This document shows positions 37,765 to 47,514 of a DNA stretch of 64,000 bases, one piece after another. This DNA is from Candidatus Culexmicrobium cathedralense. Lineage in GTDB: Archaea; Thermoproteota; Methanomethylicia; Culexarchaeales; Culexmicrobiaceae. The notes beneath the pieces were generated by a model, which was not told the origin of the DNA, did no database searches, and worked only from the letters and a program-made list of their open reading frames with translations. The position numbers were made by a program, and so were the translations under genes. Position 1 is the stretch's first letter. Every line of letters begins with the position of its first letter. Where the stretch lies: the NCBI GenBank assembly GCA_025061115.1, contig JANZKC010000002.1:128001-192000 (forward strand), written 5' to 3'.

Positions 37765-37820
37765 GGCTGTGAAGAGCTCAGGCGACACCGATAGATGAGG
37801 ATTAGCAGGTAGCCTGAGCC
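37765..37820 (+). ncRNA. C/D box methylation guide sRNA
   Basis: GGC/GCC ends, C GTGAAGA (37769), 12-nt guide, D' CCGA, C' ATGAGGA, 12-nt guide, D CTGA (37814). AAAATTTTAAGG promoter ~25 nt upstream. Confidence 0.88.
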
Positions 37821-37894
37821 CGCCCCGCCTCTCGCAGGCTGGTGAGAAAGCGCGTGCATTCAATGACCCAGCTACGGTCGGCGGGGCGACATAG
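37821..37894 (+). ncRNA. H/ACA pseudouridylation guide hairpin abutting the C/D RNA
   Basis: 9-bp basal stem CGCCCCGCC/GGCGGGGCG immediately followed by ACA (37889-37891), internal pocket, upper stem GCTGG/CCAGC, TGA..TGA K-turn-like apex. Confidence 0.8.
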
Positions 37895-37977
37895 CAAATA
37901 TTCATCACAAAATTAAAAATAAGCAATTCTAAGTGAAAATATAAGGCAAACTAAGTAATATTAAAAATGCTTTGAAG

Positions 37978-40062
37978 CTAAAGTCCAAACGAAAATAGTA
38001 GCCATGCAACCAGTAAGAACCCAATTGCTATTCCAACCATGTTGTATGATAGAATTCCAGTTTGAATTCTCCTAAAGGCGCTTGAAAAGGCAGATACTCC
38101 TCTTGCTAGAGCATAGTTTGCGCCATCAACAACTTTAACCTCGAAGTTCTTGTATGCTGACTTGCTAAAGTCTATCAGCGAGTAAACGAGAACCTTATAG
38201 TAGGTTGGATTTATGTACCACCTATTCCACAGGAAAGTGTATAGTGGCTTCAATCCAGACTTCTCCACAAACTCCTTAGGATCAACTTTCCTTGAAATGT
38301 ACATTATATACCCTGGAATTCCGCCTAAAACTAGCATTACAGCAGTAATGGCAGTAGTAATTAGTTGTGAAGGAGTGCCTCCAGCCTCTGCATTCGCACT
38401 TACAGCCGAGAACAATGCTTGATACGAGTGATGCGCATGAAGTGGAGCAGCTAGAAATTCATGTAGGCTGTGCTCAAAGAATGGACCTATAAGTCCTATT
38501 CCAACTGTAGCAGCGGCTAGAATTGCATATGCAACCCACATGACTGGAGGGGCTTCATGGATGCGGTGGCCTTCCTCCTCAAGCTCCTTCAAGTGATGGC
38601 TTTTCTCACCTAAGAAGGTTACACCGATCATCCTTATGCTGTAGAAGAAGGTCATAGCTGCAGTTATCGCTGCAACCGCTAGAAGCGCGTAGTTCCCTGA
38701 CTTAAGGCATGCACCGAAAATAGCTTCCTTGCTCCAAAAGCCGCTAAGTGGAGGTATTCCTGAGAGTGAGAGAGCTCCAATAAGCATGCAGGCAAACGTT
38801 ATTGGCATTTCCCTCCTTATACCTCCCATTTCGAACATGTCAGTTGTCTCGCAGGCGTGAAGAACTGCACCTGCAGCCATGAAGAGCAGTGCCTTGAATA
38901 TTGCGTGGCTCATCAAGTGAAATAGGCCAGCCACATATCCATCTGCAGCATACTCACCTGCCAATCCTCCAACGCCAAGTGCAAGCATCATGTACCCTAT
39001 TTGAGACACAGTTGAATATGCCAAGACTTTCTTGAGCTCCCTAGCAACCATTGCTTGAGAAGCTGCGAGAAAAGCTGTGAAGGCACCTATCCAGGCAACC
39101 ACGTTGAAGAACTGATTTTGAGCTGCAATTATCAAACTTTTAGCGGCAGCATCAAGCGCACTTTGATAGGCGAGCCTAAAGCTCTCAGTGAAAATTGGAA
39201 ATGCTCTCGCAGTTAAGTAAACGCCTGCCTTTACCATCGTAGCTGCATGTATGAGGGCTGAAACAGATGTTGGACCGGCCATTGCCTCCGGAAGCCATTC
39301 GTGGAGTGGGAATTGAGCAGACTTGCCTATTGGGCCTCCAAAGAAGAATAGGGCAACTGGAATAATCAGCCCAAACTTTGCAAGCTCTACAATCCACTCA
39401 TAGTGGTGCTGAAGCTCAAGGAAGTTGAAAGTACCTGCTTGAGTGAATATTATGAAGGCAGAGATCATCAGTGCTACATCTCCAGCCCTTGTCATTATGA
39501 AAGCCTTCATACCAGCATGTGAAGGCGGAACATCTCCAACCCACCTTTTGCGCTCATCGTGATACCAGAACCCTATAAGCTGATAGCTGCACAGCCCAAC
39601 GCCTTCCCAGCCAAATAGCATTTGAAGAATGTTATCCGACATCACTAGAAGAAGCATGTTTCCAATGAAGAAGTTCATGAAGAACCAGTAGCGCGTTAGC
39701 CCCTCCTCGCCATGCATGTAGCCCAAGCTGTACACCATTATTAGAAATGAAATCCAGGCAACCACATTAGCCATGAATATGCTCAAAGGATCAACTAAAA
39801 CGCCAGCGTCAACTTCAACTCCAAGAATCTTAATCCAAGGAACCCTCCAATCCGCTGGTAATGGTACGCTACCGACCCCTGGAATTTCAAAACTCCCAGA
39901 CAAGCCATATGGAATTAGCATTGCAGCCATGACTGCAGCCAAAAATGAAACTAGAACTGCAAAGTAATCTCGCGCTTTCTCGCCAAATTTAGCTATTATG
40001 GGCGTTGCTACAGCACCAACTAGAGGTATGACCCAGCACAACCAAGCGGCGTAAGGATACAT
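37978..40062 (-). CDS. nuoL: NuoL/MrpA-like antiporter subunit
   Basis: GWEGVGLCSY, KSAQFPLHEWLPEAMAGPTSVSALIHAATMV, FHLMSHAIFKALLF, C-terminal RRIQTG. Start moved to ATG 40062 (GGTGGTG RBS). Confidence 0.92.
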   Translation of the reverse strand: MYPYAAWLCWVIPLVGAVATPIIAKFGEKARDYFAVLVSFLAAVMAAMLIPYGLSGSFEIPGVGSVPLPADWRVPWIKILGVEVDAGVLVDPLSIFMANVVAWISFLIMVYSLGYMHGEEGLTRYWFFMNFFIGNMLLLVMSDNILQMLFGWEGVGLCSYQLIGFWYHDERKRWVGDVPPSHAGMKAFIMTRAGDVALMISAFIIFTQAGTFNFLELQHHYEWIVELAKFGLIIPVALFFFGGPIGKSAQFPLHEWLPEAMAGPTSVSALIHAATMVKAGVYLTARAFPIFTESFRLAYQSALDAAAKSLIIAAQNQFFNVVAWIGAFTAFLAASQAMVARELKKVLAYSTVSQIGYMMLALGVGGLAGEYAADGYVAGLFHLMSHAIFKALLFMAAGAVLHACETTDMFEMGGIRREMPITFACMLIGALSLSGIPPLSGFWSKEAIFGACLKSGNYALLAVAAITAAMTFFYSIRMIGVTFLGEKSHHLKELEEEGHRIHEAPPVMWVAYAILAAATVGIGLIGPFFEHSLHEFLAAPLHAHHSYQALFSAVSANAEAGGTPSQLITTAITAVMLVLGGIPGYIMYISRKVDPKEFVEKSGLKPLYTFLWNRWYINPTYYKVLVYSLIDFSKSAYKNFEVKVVDGANYALARGVSAFSSAFRRIQTGILSYNMVGIAIGFLLVAWLLFSFGL

Positions 40063-40279
40063 GGTAACACCACCAGCCATCACAATAAGAGCACTAATTC
40101 GTAATGTAACGGATTCTGTAAAATATAAAAAAGTAACGATTAAAATCCTGCCCCTAGAGCGCCTAACTAATTTACAATATGCCAAAATAGTTTGATATGG
40201 AAGGCGATCTTCAAAAGTTATATAAAGTGTCCAATAAAAAAACACTTTGCCTAAGTGAAGCAGCAGCGGAGGGGGCGTA

Positions 40280-41881
40280 GTGTTAAAGTCTGAACAAATG
40301 TTCAAGGTGAGAATACTGATTCCCAATGAATACTTGGACAAGACGCTAATAGCACTAGGGGAAGCCGAAGTACTTCACCTATCCGACATAGCAGAAGACG
40401 AGGAATTAAAAGAGGTAATCACGCCAGCAGAACTCTCAGAAGCATACTACAAGTATGCAGGCATCATAGCTAGAATCGAGGAGCTGGCATCAAATTTAAA
40501 TTTAAACTTGAAAGTAACTTCCAAAATCAACAAGGAGTACAGCATAAGCGAAATTGAAGAAAAACTGGGTAAACTGGAAGAGGAAGTCAATGACATCAGA
40601 TTCGCCATATCAAAGCTCGAAGAGAAGGGAGAACTGGAGAACTTAGAAAAGCTTAGAGGCAAATTAAGGGAGATTGCTGACGAAGCGAAAAGTAAACTGC
40701 CACTATGGCTTGGAGTAGCTTGGAGATATAGAAAGCTGGAAGAAGCAAAGTCAAAGCTAGGCAAATGCGGCAAGTCCTTCCACGTCATATATGGATGGAT
40801 ACCTAAAAGGAACTATCAAAAGCTGATGAAAATTCTCGAAGATGCAACCGAAAACAAATTCATCATGGGAGTATCGGAGCCAAGCCACCACGACCACCCG
40901 CCAACGCTCATTGAGCATAAGGGCATTTTAACCTCCTTCGGAGCTCTAACAAGGGCAATTGGAGTACCATCATATGGGGAAATAGACCCGACGCCAATAA
41001 TGGTGTTAACATTCCCATTAATATTCGGATCCATGTTCGGAGATGTAGGTCACGGAGCAATAATAGTTCTCGCAGCAATAGCCGCCCTATACTACAAGAG
41101 AAAAGGAGTAGAAGTTGGAGAGACATTGAACTACATTGTTCAAGGCTCACCGCTCCTATTACTATGTGGAATTTCAAGCATAATCTTCGGAATGCTCTAC
41201 GGAGAATTCTTTGGAAGTGAAGAATGGTTCGAAGCGCTATTCAAACCAATTCTACATTTAGTTGGTAAGGAGCATGGCCCAATATGGTTCAGCCCATATC
41301 ACGAGCCAATGTACCTCCTCAAAATCTGCATATTCATAGCCATAATACACATGATTTCTGGCCTACTACTAGACTTCATAAACAAGATTTCTGAAAAAGA
41401 GTATAAACACGCGATCGCAGGGCCAGGCACATGGCTCTGGCTATACGCAGGCGGAGCATACCTATTCATAACCTACGGGTCAAGGATATTCGAAGTAATC
41501 TTCGACCCTCAAATAATAGTTCCATACGTAGCCGTGCCACTAATAGTAATGATAATATTTCGAACCATAACCGAAGGTCCTTCCGAAGGATTCGGCTCAG
41601 CACTAGAATCCTTCTTATCCTCAATATCAAACACGGTGTCCTACAGCCGAATTCTAGCCCTAAACATGGCCCACACAATATTCGCAAAATTGCCATTCAA
41701 CTTCACAGCTTCACCAATAGCATTCATAGGTTCCTTCATCGCATTCAACGCGATAATATTAACACTTGAAGCACTACTTTCGATGATGCATACACTAAGG
41801 CTTCACTGGGTTGAATGGTTCTTGAAGTTCTACAGCGGAGAAGGATATGAATTTAAGCCATTCACATTAATCTCATTGTAA
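40280..41881 (+). CDS. atpI: A/V-type ATP synthase subunit I (a), short form
   Basis: GWIP, PPTL, P.YGEIDPT, MFGDVGHG, SNTVSYSRILAL (essential Arg), RLHWVEWF.KFY. Confidence 0.92.
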   Translation: MLKSEQMFKVRILIPNEYLDKTLIALGEAEVLHLSDIAEDEELKEVITPAELSEAYYKYAGIIARIEELASNLNLNLKVTSKINKEYSISEIEEKLGKLEEEVNDIRFAISKLEEKGELENLEKLRGKLREIADEAKSKLPLWLGVAWRYRKLEEAKSKLGKCGKSFHVIYGWIPKRNYQKLMKILEDATENKFIMGVSEPSHHDHPPTLIEHKGILTSFGALTRAIGVPSYGEIDPTPIMVLTFPLIFGSMFGDVGHGAIIVLAAIAALYYKRKGVEVGETLNYIVQGSPLLLLCGISSIIFGMLYGEFFGSEEWFEALFKPILHLVGKEHGPIWFSPYHEPMYLLKICIFIAIIHMISGLLLDFINKISEKEYKHAIAGPGTWLWLYAGGAYLFITYGSRIFEVIFDPQIIVPYVAVPLIVMIIFRTITEGPSEGFGSALESFLSSISNTVSYSRILALNMAHTIFAKLPFNFTASPIAFIGSFIAFNAIILTLEALLSMMHTLRLHWVEWFLKFYSGEGYEFKPFTLISL

Positions 41882-41895
41882 TAAATCCAATCAAA

Positions 41896-42102
41896 CTATT
41901 TTTCAAATTCAAGCTTCTTTGCCACCCTAAATATGTAGTACCAAGTAACTGCAGTTCCAAATAGCGCCCCCAAAAGTGCACCTAAAACTTCATGCCCAAA
42001 ATTCCTTCCAACATAGTATCCAAGAAAAGTGAATATCACGATGTCAAAAGCAATTCCAAAGAGCTTAAACCATGTAGCGAAGGGTTTATCACTTAAAGCC
42101 AC
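41896..42102 (-). CDS. Small two-TM membrane protein (AtpZ/AtpI-like)
   Basis: LGYYVG..FG...LGALLGALFG glycine pattern; lies inside the ATP synthase cluster. Confidence 0.55.
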   Translation of the reverse strand: MALSDKPFATWFKLFGIAFDIVIFTFLGYYVGRNFGHEVLGALLGALFGTAVTWYYIFRVAKKLEFEK

Positions 42103-42190
42103 ACTTAATCACCAAACTTAACCTAGCTCACCAGCAAAATAATTTTATTTACTCAACAAAAGTTATATGGAGCTTAAGGTGGGGTAATTA

Positions 42191-42418
42191 TTGCACCGCA
42201 GCGAAGCCAACAAAAGCATAATGAAAGTGTTAATCATTGGACTAATACTTCCCGCATGCGTTCTTGTAGGCATGTTTGGAGGATGGATCATTGGCAAAAA
42301 CTTCGGCACAATCGGCAAATTCGCTCTAGCTCTAGTCGGCGGAATAGGAGGATTAATTTTGGGATCATTAATATTAGTTAAGCTCCTACTGAGGAGGGAA
42401 ACGCAGATTGAGAGCTAG
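42191..42418 (+). CDS. Small two-TM membrane protein (AtpZ/AtpI-like)
   Basis: GMFGGWIIG..FG...LVGGIGGLILG; overlaps the start of atpC. Confidence 0.6.
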   Translation: MHRSEANKSIMKVLIIGLILPACVLVGMFGGWIIGKNFGTIGKFALALVGGIGGLILGSLILVKLLLRRETQIES

Positions 42419-43439
42419 CAAATATGCTTATTCGATAGCGAGAGTAAGAGCAATGAAATCATTCATGCTAACCAAGGAAGACTATGAAGATTTACTTAAG
42501 GCCAAAGACCTAAACGAGGCATTCAAGAAATTGGCTGAAACTATCTACGCACCATACTTTAAGGAGGCAAGGGAAGCAACTTGGATTGAAATTGAAAAGA
42601 AACTCATGAAAGCACTCAGCGACATATACGAAAAAGTAATTGAAATGGCACCGGAAAAAGCTAAAGACATTCTAAGCTTAATTGAGAAGAAACTAGAAAT
42701 TGAAACCTTAAAGCAGCTTATAAGAGGATGCATAAGTAAGCTTCCAATCGAAGAAGCAATGAAGTTCATTTTCCCAATAGGAGAATACAGCACGGAATTC
42801 TGCAGGGAATTTCTAAGAAAGGATTTAAATGAAGCAATAGAATTAATTAAGGATGAAGAAATTAAGGAAATAATTAAGCAAAAAATCCCTGAATATGAAA
42901 AACTAAACATAACAACCCCAATCGAAGTAGCGCTGGACAAGCACATACTAAGCAAATTACTAAGACAAGCAAGAAAACTTCCAAAGTTAGATAAAAAGCA
43001 TTGCGAGCATCTGGTAGGAATTGAGATAGACATGACTAACATTACGACCATTGTAAGAGGGAAAGCCATGAAGTTAAGTGTCAAAGAAATAAAGGACATG
43101 CTGATACCGGAAAGCTATAAGCTTGACAGAGAAATCATAGCTGCAATAGGAGTTGAAGACCCATTTGAAGCTTATAGACTTTTGGTTTCAGGCTATTACA
43201 TAGGGAAGCTACCCCCGAAAGTGAATAGCGTCGAAGAGGTTGAATGGGCAGTTAAAAAGGCAATCATCAACGAGAGCAGAAGAGTATATATCACTTACCC
43301 ATTTCACGCAGGACTACTTTATGCATTTATGAATTTGAAGTACTACGAAGTTAGGGATGTAAGGGTAATCCTAATGGGCAAGCATTTAGGCGTTGAGGAG
43401 CAAATCATAAGAAAACACTTGTTATTTGCATACAAATAA
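42408..43439 (+). CDS. atpC: A/V-type ATP synthase subunit C (d)
   Basis: YAYSIARVRAMKS.ML, EID..NI..I.RGK, K.YEVRD.R.I..GK. Confidence 0.9.
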   Translation: MRASKYAYSIARVRAMKSFMLTKEDYEDLLKAKDLNEAFKKLAETIYAPYFKEAREATWIEIEKKLMKALSDIYEKVIEMAPEKAKDILSLIEKKLEIETLKQLIRGCISKLPIEEAMKFIFPIGEYSTEFCREFLRKDLNEAIELIKDEEIKEIIKQKIPEYEKLNITTPIEVALDKHILSKLLRQARKLPKLDKKHCEHLVGIEIDMTNITTIVRGKAMKLSVKEIKDMLIPESYKLDREIIAAIGVEDPFEAYRLLVSGYYIGKLPPKVNSVEEVEWAVKKAIINESRRVYITYPFHAGLLYAFMNLKYYEVRDVRVILMGKHLGVEEQIIRKHLLFAYK

Positions 43440-43500
43440 TAAAGCGAAAGACTTAAAAAATCATGTAATCGTCTATGGTGAGAGGAGGAGGGTTAAGTTA

Positions 43501-43833
43501 ATGCGGGTTTTAAAGCCTGCCATAGCTATTATGGCTATTCTGGGAGCAGCATTAGCTTCAGCAACCTACGCAATGGCAAGTGGTCAAAGCTTCTTTGGAG
43601 TAACCGAAGAAAAAGGCGGAGCAGGAGATATGGCATATCTAGCAGCCATACTACCAATTGTATTAAATGGAGTTGCAGCTGCAATGGCAATGGGTACTGT
43701 AAGCAGTGCAGCTATAGGTGCAATGGCTGAAAAACCTGAAATATTCAGCAAAACGGTAATCTACATCGTATTCATCGAAGCAATCGCAATATACGGGCTA
43801 ATAGTATCATTCATGATACTAATGAAGATCTAG
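43501..43833 (+). CDS. atpK: A/V-type ATP synthase proteolipid subunit K (c)
   Basis: AAIGAMAEKPE..SK..IYIVFIEAIAIYGLIVS with ion-binding Glu; N-terminal leader. Start moved to ATG 43501. Confidence 0.92.
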   Translation: MRVLKPAIAIMAILGAALASATYAMASGQSFFGVTEEKGGAGDMAYLAAILPIVLNGVAAAMAMGTVSSAAIGAMAEKPEIFSKTVIYIVFIEAIAIYGLIVSFMILMKI

Positions 43834-44048
43834 CATGCACTACACAACTTTATTACATTATCATCTACGCTGCTGCAACTTTTAATAGTTAAAACCAACA
43901 GTTTTATTAATCATTAACCATGGAAATAACACGTCACCCGAAAGCGTCACCAAGAATGCCTCACGCATTTATCTTCGTTCTTACCTAACTTATTAAGAAG
44001 ATTGAGCGTTCATCAGCACTCCGCAAGTAATTATTTTATCCAGAGGAG

Positions 44049-44984
44049 ATGGAAGTGGTTAGATGTAGCAAATGCAGTAAGAGAGCAACCATATCATTAA
44101 GACATCCAAAACTAAACTTATGCGCCGAACACTTCAAGGAGTACTTTGAAAACCGCTTAACTAAAACCATAAAGAGATACAAAATGATCAAAAAGGGAGA
44201 AAGCATTCTAGTCGCAATTTCCGGAGGTAAAGATAGCATTGCATTGCTCCATGCTCTTTGCAATGCGCTTGGCGACAAGGTTGAAATTAAAGCAATCCAC
44301 ATAAACCTCGGAATCAAACAATATTCCAGCAAATGCTTGAGAATCTCAAGAGATTTCCTCAAGAAACTCGACATAGAGCACTATATTATAGACTTGAAAA
44401 GGGAGTATGGATTCACAGTAGATGAAGCAGTAAGTAAGCTTCAATTCAAAAGAGCTCCATGCTCAATTTGCGGACTAATCAAAAGAAGAGTTCTCAACGA
44501 CTATGCACTAAAACTGAAAGTCGATAAGTTAGCCACCGGCCATACGCTAGATGATGAAGCAACATTCATCTTAACAAACTATGCCAGCGGAAACCTAGAC
44601 CTACTCTTGAGAAGCGGGCCGGCAATCCCAACCAAATACGGAATTTTAATTTCAAGAATTAAGCCACTCTATGAAATATCTGAACTTGAAACCACACTTT
44701 ACTGCATGATTAACAATTTAAGTTACGTTGAAGAGGAATGCCCATACTCAAAAGAAGCACCAACAATCTCATTGAAACAGATGATCAATCAAATTGAAAA
44801 CATCAGACTTGGATTCAAAATATCACTAATAAGAACTTACAACCGCATGATTAAGCCTGCAATAAGCTCATTTTACGCGCAACTTGAAGAAGAACCGAAA
44901 TTTTGTAGGGATTGTGGGTATCCTACGAATGCAGATTACTGCGCATTCTGCAGATTGAAGAGAAAAATTATTAGAAAAAGCTAG
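44049..44984 (+). CDS. tRNA 2-thiolation protein (TtuA/Ncs6, TIGR00269 family)
   Basis: CxxC..LC..H, SGGKDS PP-loop, CSICG..KR, TGHTLDD, CPY, C-terminal CxxC..CxxC. Confidence 0.9.
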   Translation: MEVVRCSKCSKRATISLRHPKLNLCAEHFKEYFENRLTKTIKRYKMIKKGESILVAISGGKDSIALLHALCNALGDKVEIKAIHINLGIKQYSSKCLRISRDFLKKLDIEHYIIDLKREYGFTVDEAVSKLQFKRAPCSICGLIKRRVLNDYALKLKVDKLATGHTLDDEATFILTNYASGNLDLLLRSGPAIPTKYGILISRIKPLYEISELETTLYCMINNLSYVEEECPYSKEAPTISLKQMINQIENIRLGFKISLIRTYNRMIKPAISSFYAQLEEEPKFCRDCGYPTNADYCAFCRLKRKIIRKS

Positions 44985-44993
44985 AATTCAACT

Positions 44994-46511
44994 TTAGGCT
45001 GGCTTCGCAAAGATTAGGATGATATATTTCATTTTTGCCATTGCTGCTGCTGAAGCCGCCTCAGCCATCTTGTATATTGGCTCAGGCCAAATTCCAAATA
45101 GTATGCAGATGAACGCCATTATCACTAAAGGCACTAAGATCGATATTGACGCCTCACTGGCTGCAGCAGCTTTGCCCTTCGGCTCCCTCAGCATTAGAAG
45201 CTGAATCAGCCTCAAGTAATATACAACTGATAACCCGCTATTAAGCAAGCCAATCACTGTCAGCAAGTATGCTTTAGCTTCAATTGCAGCAGCGAAAATC
45301 ACATACTTGCTTACGAAGCCATTAAGGAACGGTACACCGCAAAGGGACAACAGTGCAATTGCAAATGTCATTGCTGTAATAGGCATTTTCCTACCAACTC
45401 CAATTAACTCGTCGATATTCCTAGTTCCAGTTACGTGAATAAATGCCCCTGCACAGAGGAATGCAAGCCCCTTCATAATTGCATGGTTGAAAACGTGGAG
45501 GAGAGCTCCAGTCAAACCATATTCCGTTCCAAGAGACATTGCAAGCAATATGTATCCGATGTGGCTAATGCTCGAATATGCTAATAGCCTTTTGATGTCC
45601 TTCTGCAGCAGAGCCATGACGTTGCCGACGGTCATCGTCAAAACTGAAAGAACTGCAAGCATCGAACTGAAATCAACTATGTTTGGAGCAAAAAACAAGT
45701 ATAACGTACGAACTAAGCCATATATTCCAGTCTTAATAACAACTCCTGAAAGCATTGCACTTATTGGGCTTGGCGCAGCTGGATGCGCATCTGGAAGCCA
45801 GAAGTGGAATGGAACTGCAGCAGCTTTAACTCCAAAGCCAGCAACAAGCAGTGCAACAGCTAAGAAAAGTACTGGTGAAGGCGTCGACTTCAATAATGAA
45901 AATGCTATGTGAGCAAAGCTTAGCGAGCCCGTTAACCCATAGAGTAGAGACATAGAGAATAGAACCATTGACGTTCCTGCAGCACTCATAACCAGGTACT
46001 TAAAGCCAGCTTCAATCGGCTCCCACAAGTGCTTTCTAAAGCCAACTAAGCAGTAGGAGGCAATGCTCATCAATTCCCAGAAAATGTAGAATGTCATGAA
46101 GTCTCCAGCGTATGCAAGACCAACCATCCCAGCAACCATTAGTAAAAGCAGAGTGTAGTAGGAGTCCAGTCCAGTGTCGTGACTCATATAATCTATTGAA
46201 TGAATTGAAGCTAAAAGACCAACCACAATGAATACTATTGAAGCGAAAAGCCCAAGCCAATCTACTGCTAGAAAACCTGCTATTGGAGGCTCAGCGTTAG
46301 GATAAGGTGTAAAAATTACTATGCCCTGCTCAGCTACAGGCCCCATGACCCTAAATACAGATAGCAGTGCCAATGCAAATCCAAGCGTAGCCCAAATACT
46401 TTCAGCATTCCTTAATCGTAGACTTCTTAGAATTCTGCTGAGAAATGGCGTTACTCCTGCGAAGAACGTCAGTATAAGTATGGGTAGGATTACGGCCATC
46501 ATACCTACCAC
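44994..46511 (-). CDS. MrpD/NuoN-like antiporter subunit of membrane-bound hydrogenase
   Basis: FWELMSIASY, EAGFKY, KAAAVPFHFWLPDAHPAAPSP, KRLLAYSSISHIG, GFVSK, YYLR. Confidence 0.88.
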   Translation of the reverse strand: MVGMMAVILPILILTFFAGVTPFLSRILRSLRLRNAESIWATLGFALALLSVFRVMGPVAEQGIVIFTPYPNAEPPIAGFLAVDWLGLFASIVFIVVGLLASIHSIDYMSHDTGLDSYYTLLLLMVAGMVGLAYAGDFMTFYIFWELMSIASYCLVGFRKHLWEPIEAGFKYLVMSAAGTSMVLFSMSLLYGLTGSLSFAHIAFSLLKSTPSPVLFLAVALLVAGFGVKAAAVPFHFWLPDAHPAAPSPISAMLSGVVIKTGIYGLVRTLYLFFAPNIVDFSSMLAVLSVLTMTVGNVMALLQKDIKRLLAYSSISHIGYILLAMSLGTEYGLTGALLHVFNHAIMKGLAFLCAGAFIHVTGTRNIDELIGVGRKMPITAMTFAIALLSLCGVPFLNGFVSKYVIFAAAIEAKAYLLTVIGLLNSGLSVVYYLRLIQLLMLREPKGKAAAASEASISILVPLVIMAFICILFGIWPEPIYKMAEAASAAAMAKMKYIILIFAKPA

Positions 46512-46822
46512 CTCAACTTCTTAAGCTTTGTAACGTCAAGAGTTCTATAATGCCTATAAGCGTTGATCACAAATGCAAGTGCAACACCGATCACGCATGC
46601 CTCAACCGAAATTGCGATTATAGCGAACAACTGCCCCAGTGGATCAACTAAGCCAAATGCCCTATTTGCTGCGAAATTTACGAAGTTTAAGGTCGCAGAG
46701 CTCAGCAGTATTTCAAGTGACATAATCAATCGAATCATGTTGCGCTTAACCATTAAGCCATACAGGCCAACTGCTAGAAGAACTGCGGACGTAGCTATGA
46801 AGGTGTATAATCCAGTTGTCAT
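46505..46822 (-). CDS. nuoK: NuoK/MrpC-like subunit
   Basis: GLYGL..KRNMIR.IMSLEI, GQ.FAI, VIGVALA, C-terminal LRW. Confidence 0.88.
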   Translation of the reverse strand: MTTGLYTFIATSAVLLAVGLYGLMVKRNMIRLIMSLEILLSSATLNFVNFAANRAFGLVDPLGQLFAIIAISVEACVIGVALAFVINAYRHYRTLDVTKLKKLRW

Positions 46823-47100
46823 TTCTCTTCAACCTCCTCCCGAAGAAGAGCCATAACTCCAACTGCAGCCGTAAATAGCACTAATACCTGCGCGATTACA
46901 TCAACGCTTCTCACAGCCCAAAAGAGGCGGCCAATGGCCTCTCCAATCTTATAAAATCCAATCTCTACGCTGACAAGCCATGCTGCTTCTTCAGCGTAAG
47001 CAAACATGCCTATTTGAGCAAAACCGGAAGTCAACATGTTCGCAAGTAGGAAGGCAATTGCTATTGCAGCAATAGCGCCTATAACCTCATTAACCTTCAT
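46819..47100 (-). CDS. NuoJ C-terminal half-like membrane subunit
   Basis: IG..IG..FW..R..DV..Q..VLF.A.VG; located between NuoJ-N and NuoK. Confidence 0.7.
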   Translation of the reverse strand: MKVNEVIGAIAAIAIAFLLANMLTSGFAQIGMFAYAEEAAWLVSVEIGFYKIGEAIGRLFWAVRSVDVIAQVLVLFTAAVGVMALLREEVEEK

Positions 47101-47354
47101 GGAAGTTCAACCTCCTCCTTTCTAGTCAACATTACGGCCACTAAGAATAGGACGGTCACTGCTCCGGCTAGGATCGCCAACTGAAATACGGCGACGTATG
47201 GAGCGCTGAGAAAGTAGAAGGCTGCTGCAATAGCGACGCTAAATCCACATAGGGACAGTATTGCATAGGTGATGTTTCTGATCTCAAGAGCTAAAACTGC
47301 AAACACTGCGATCAAGACGGCTAAAAGCAGCGAAATTACTGCGCCTAGGTCCAA
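47097..47354 (-). CDS. nuoJ: NuoJ N-terminal half-like membrane subunit
   Basis: Three TM helices, L.APYVAVFQL.I.AGAVTVLFL. Confidence 0.8.
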   Translation of the reverse strand: MDLGAVISLLLAVLIAVFAVLALEIRNITYAILSLCGFSVAIAAAFYFLSAPYVAVFQLAILAGAVTVLFLVAVMLTRKEEVELP

Positions 47355-47514
47355 GCTTTTGCCCCCAATTTATAGTGTAAGCTTAAGGCGTTTAGGATGT
47401 TTCCTTTAATAGTTTAAAAGCTTTTCCAGTTCACTTGCAGTCAACAGCTAAATAAGAGTAAAAGGATAAAAGTTCAGTAAGTTACTTATCATTGATAAAT
47501 GGAGAGGTTAGCTG

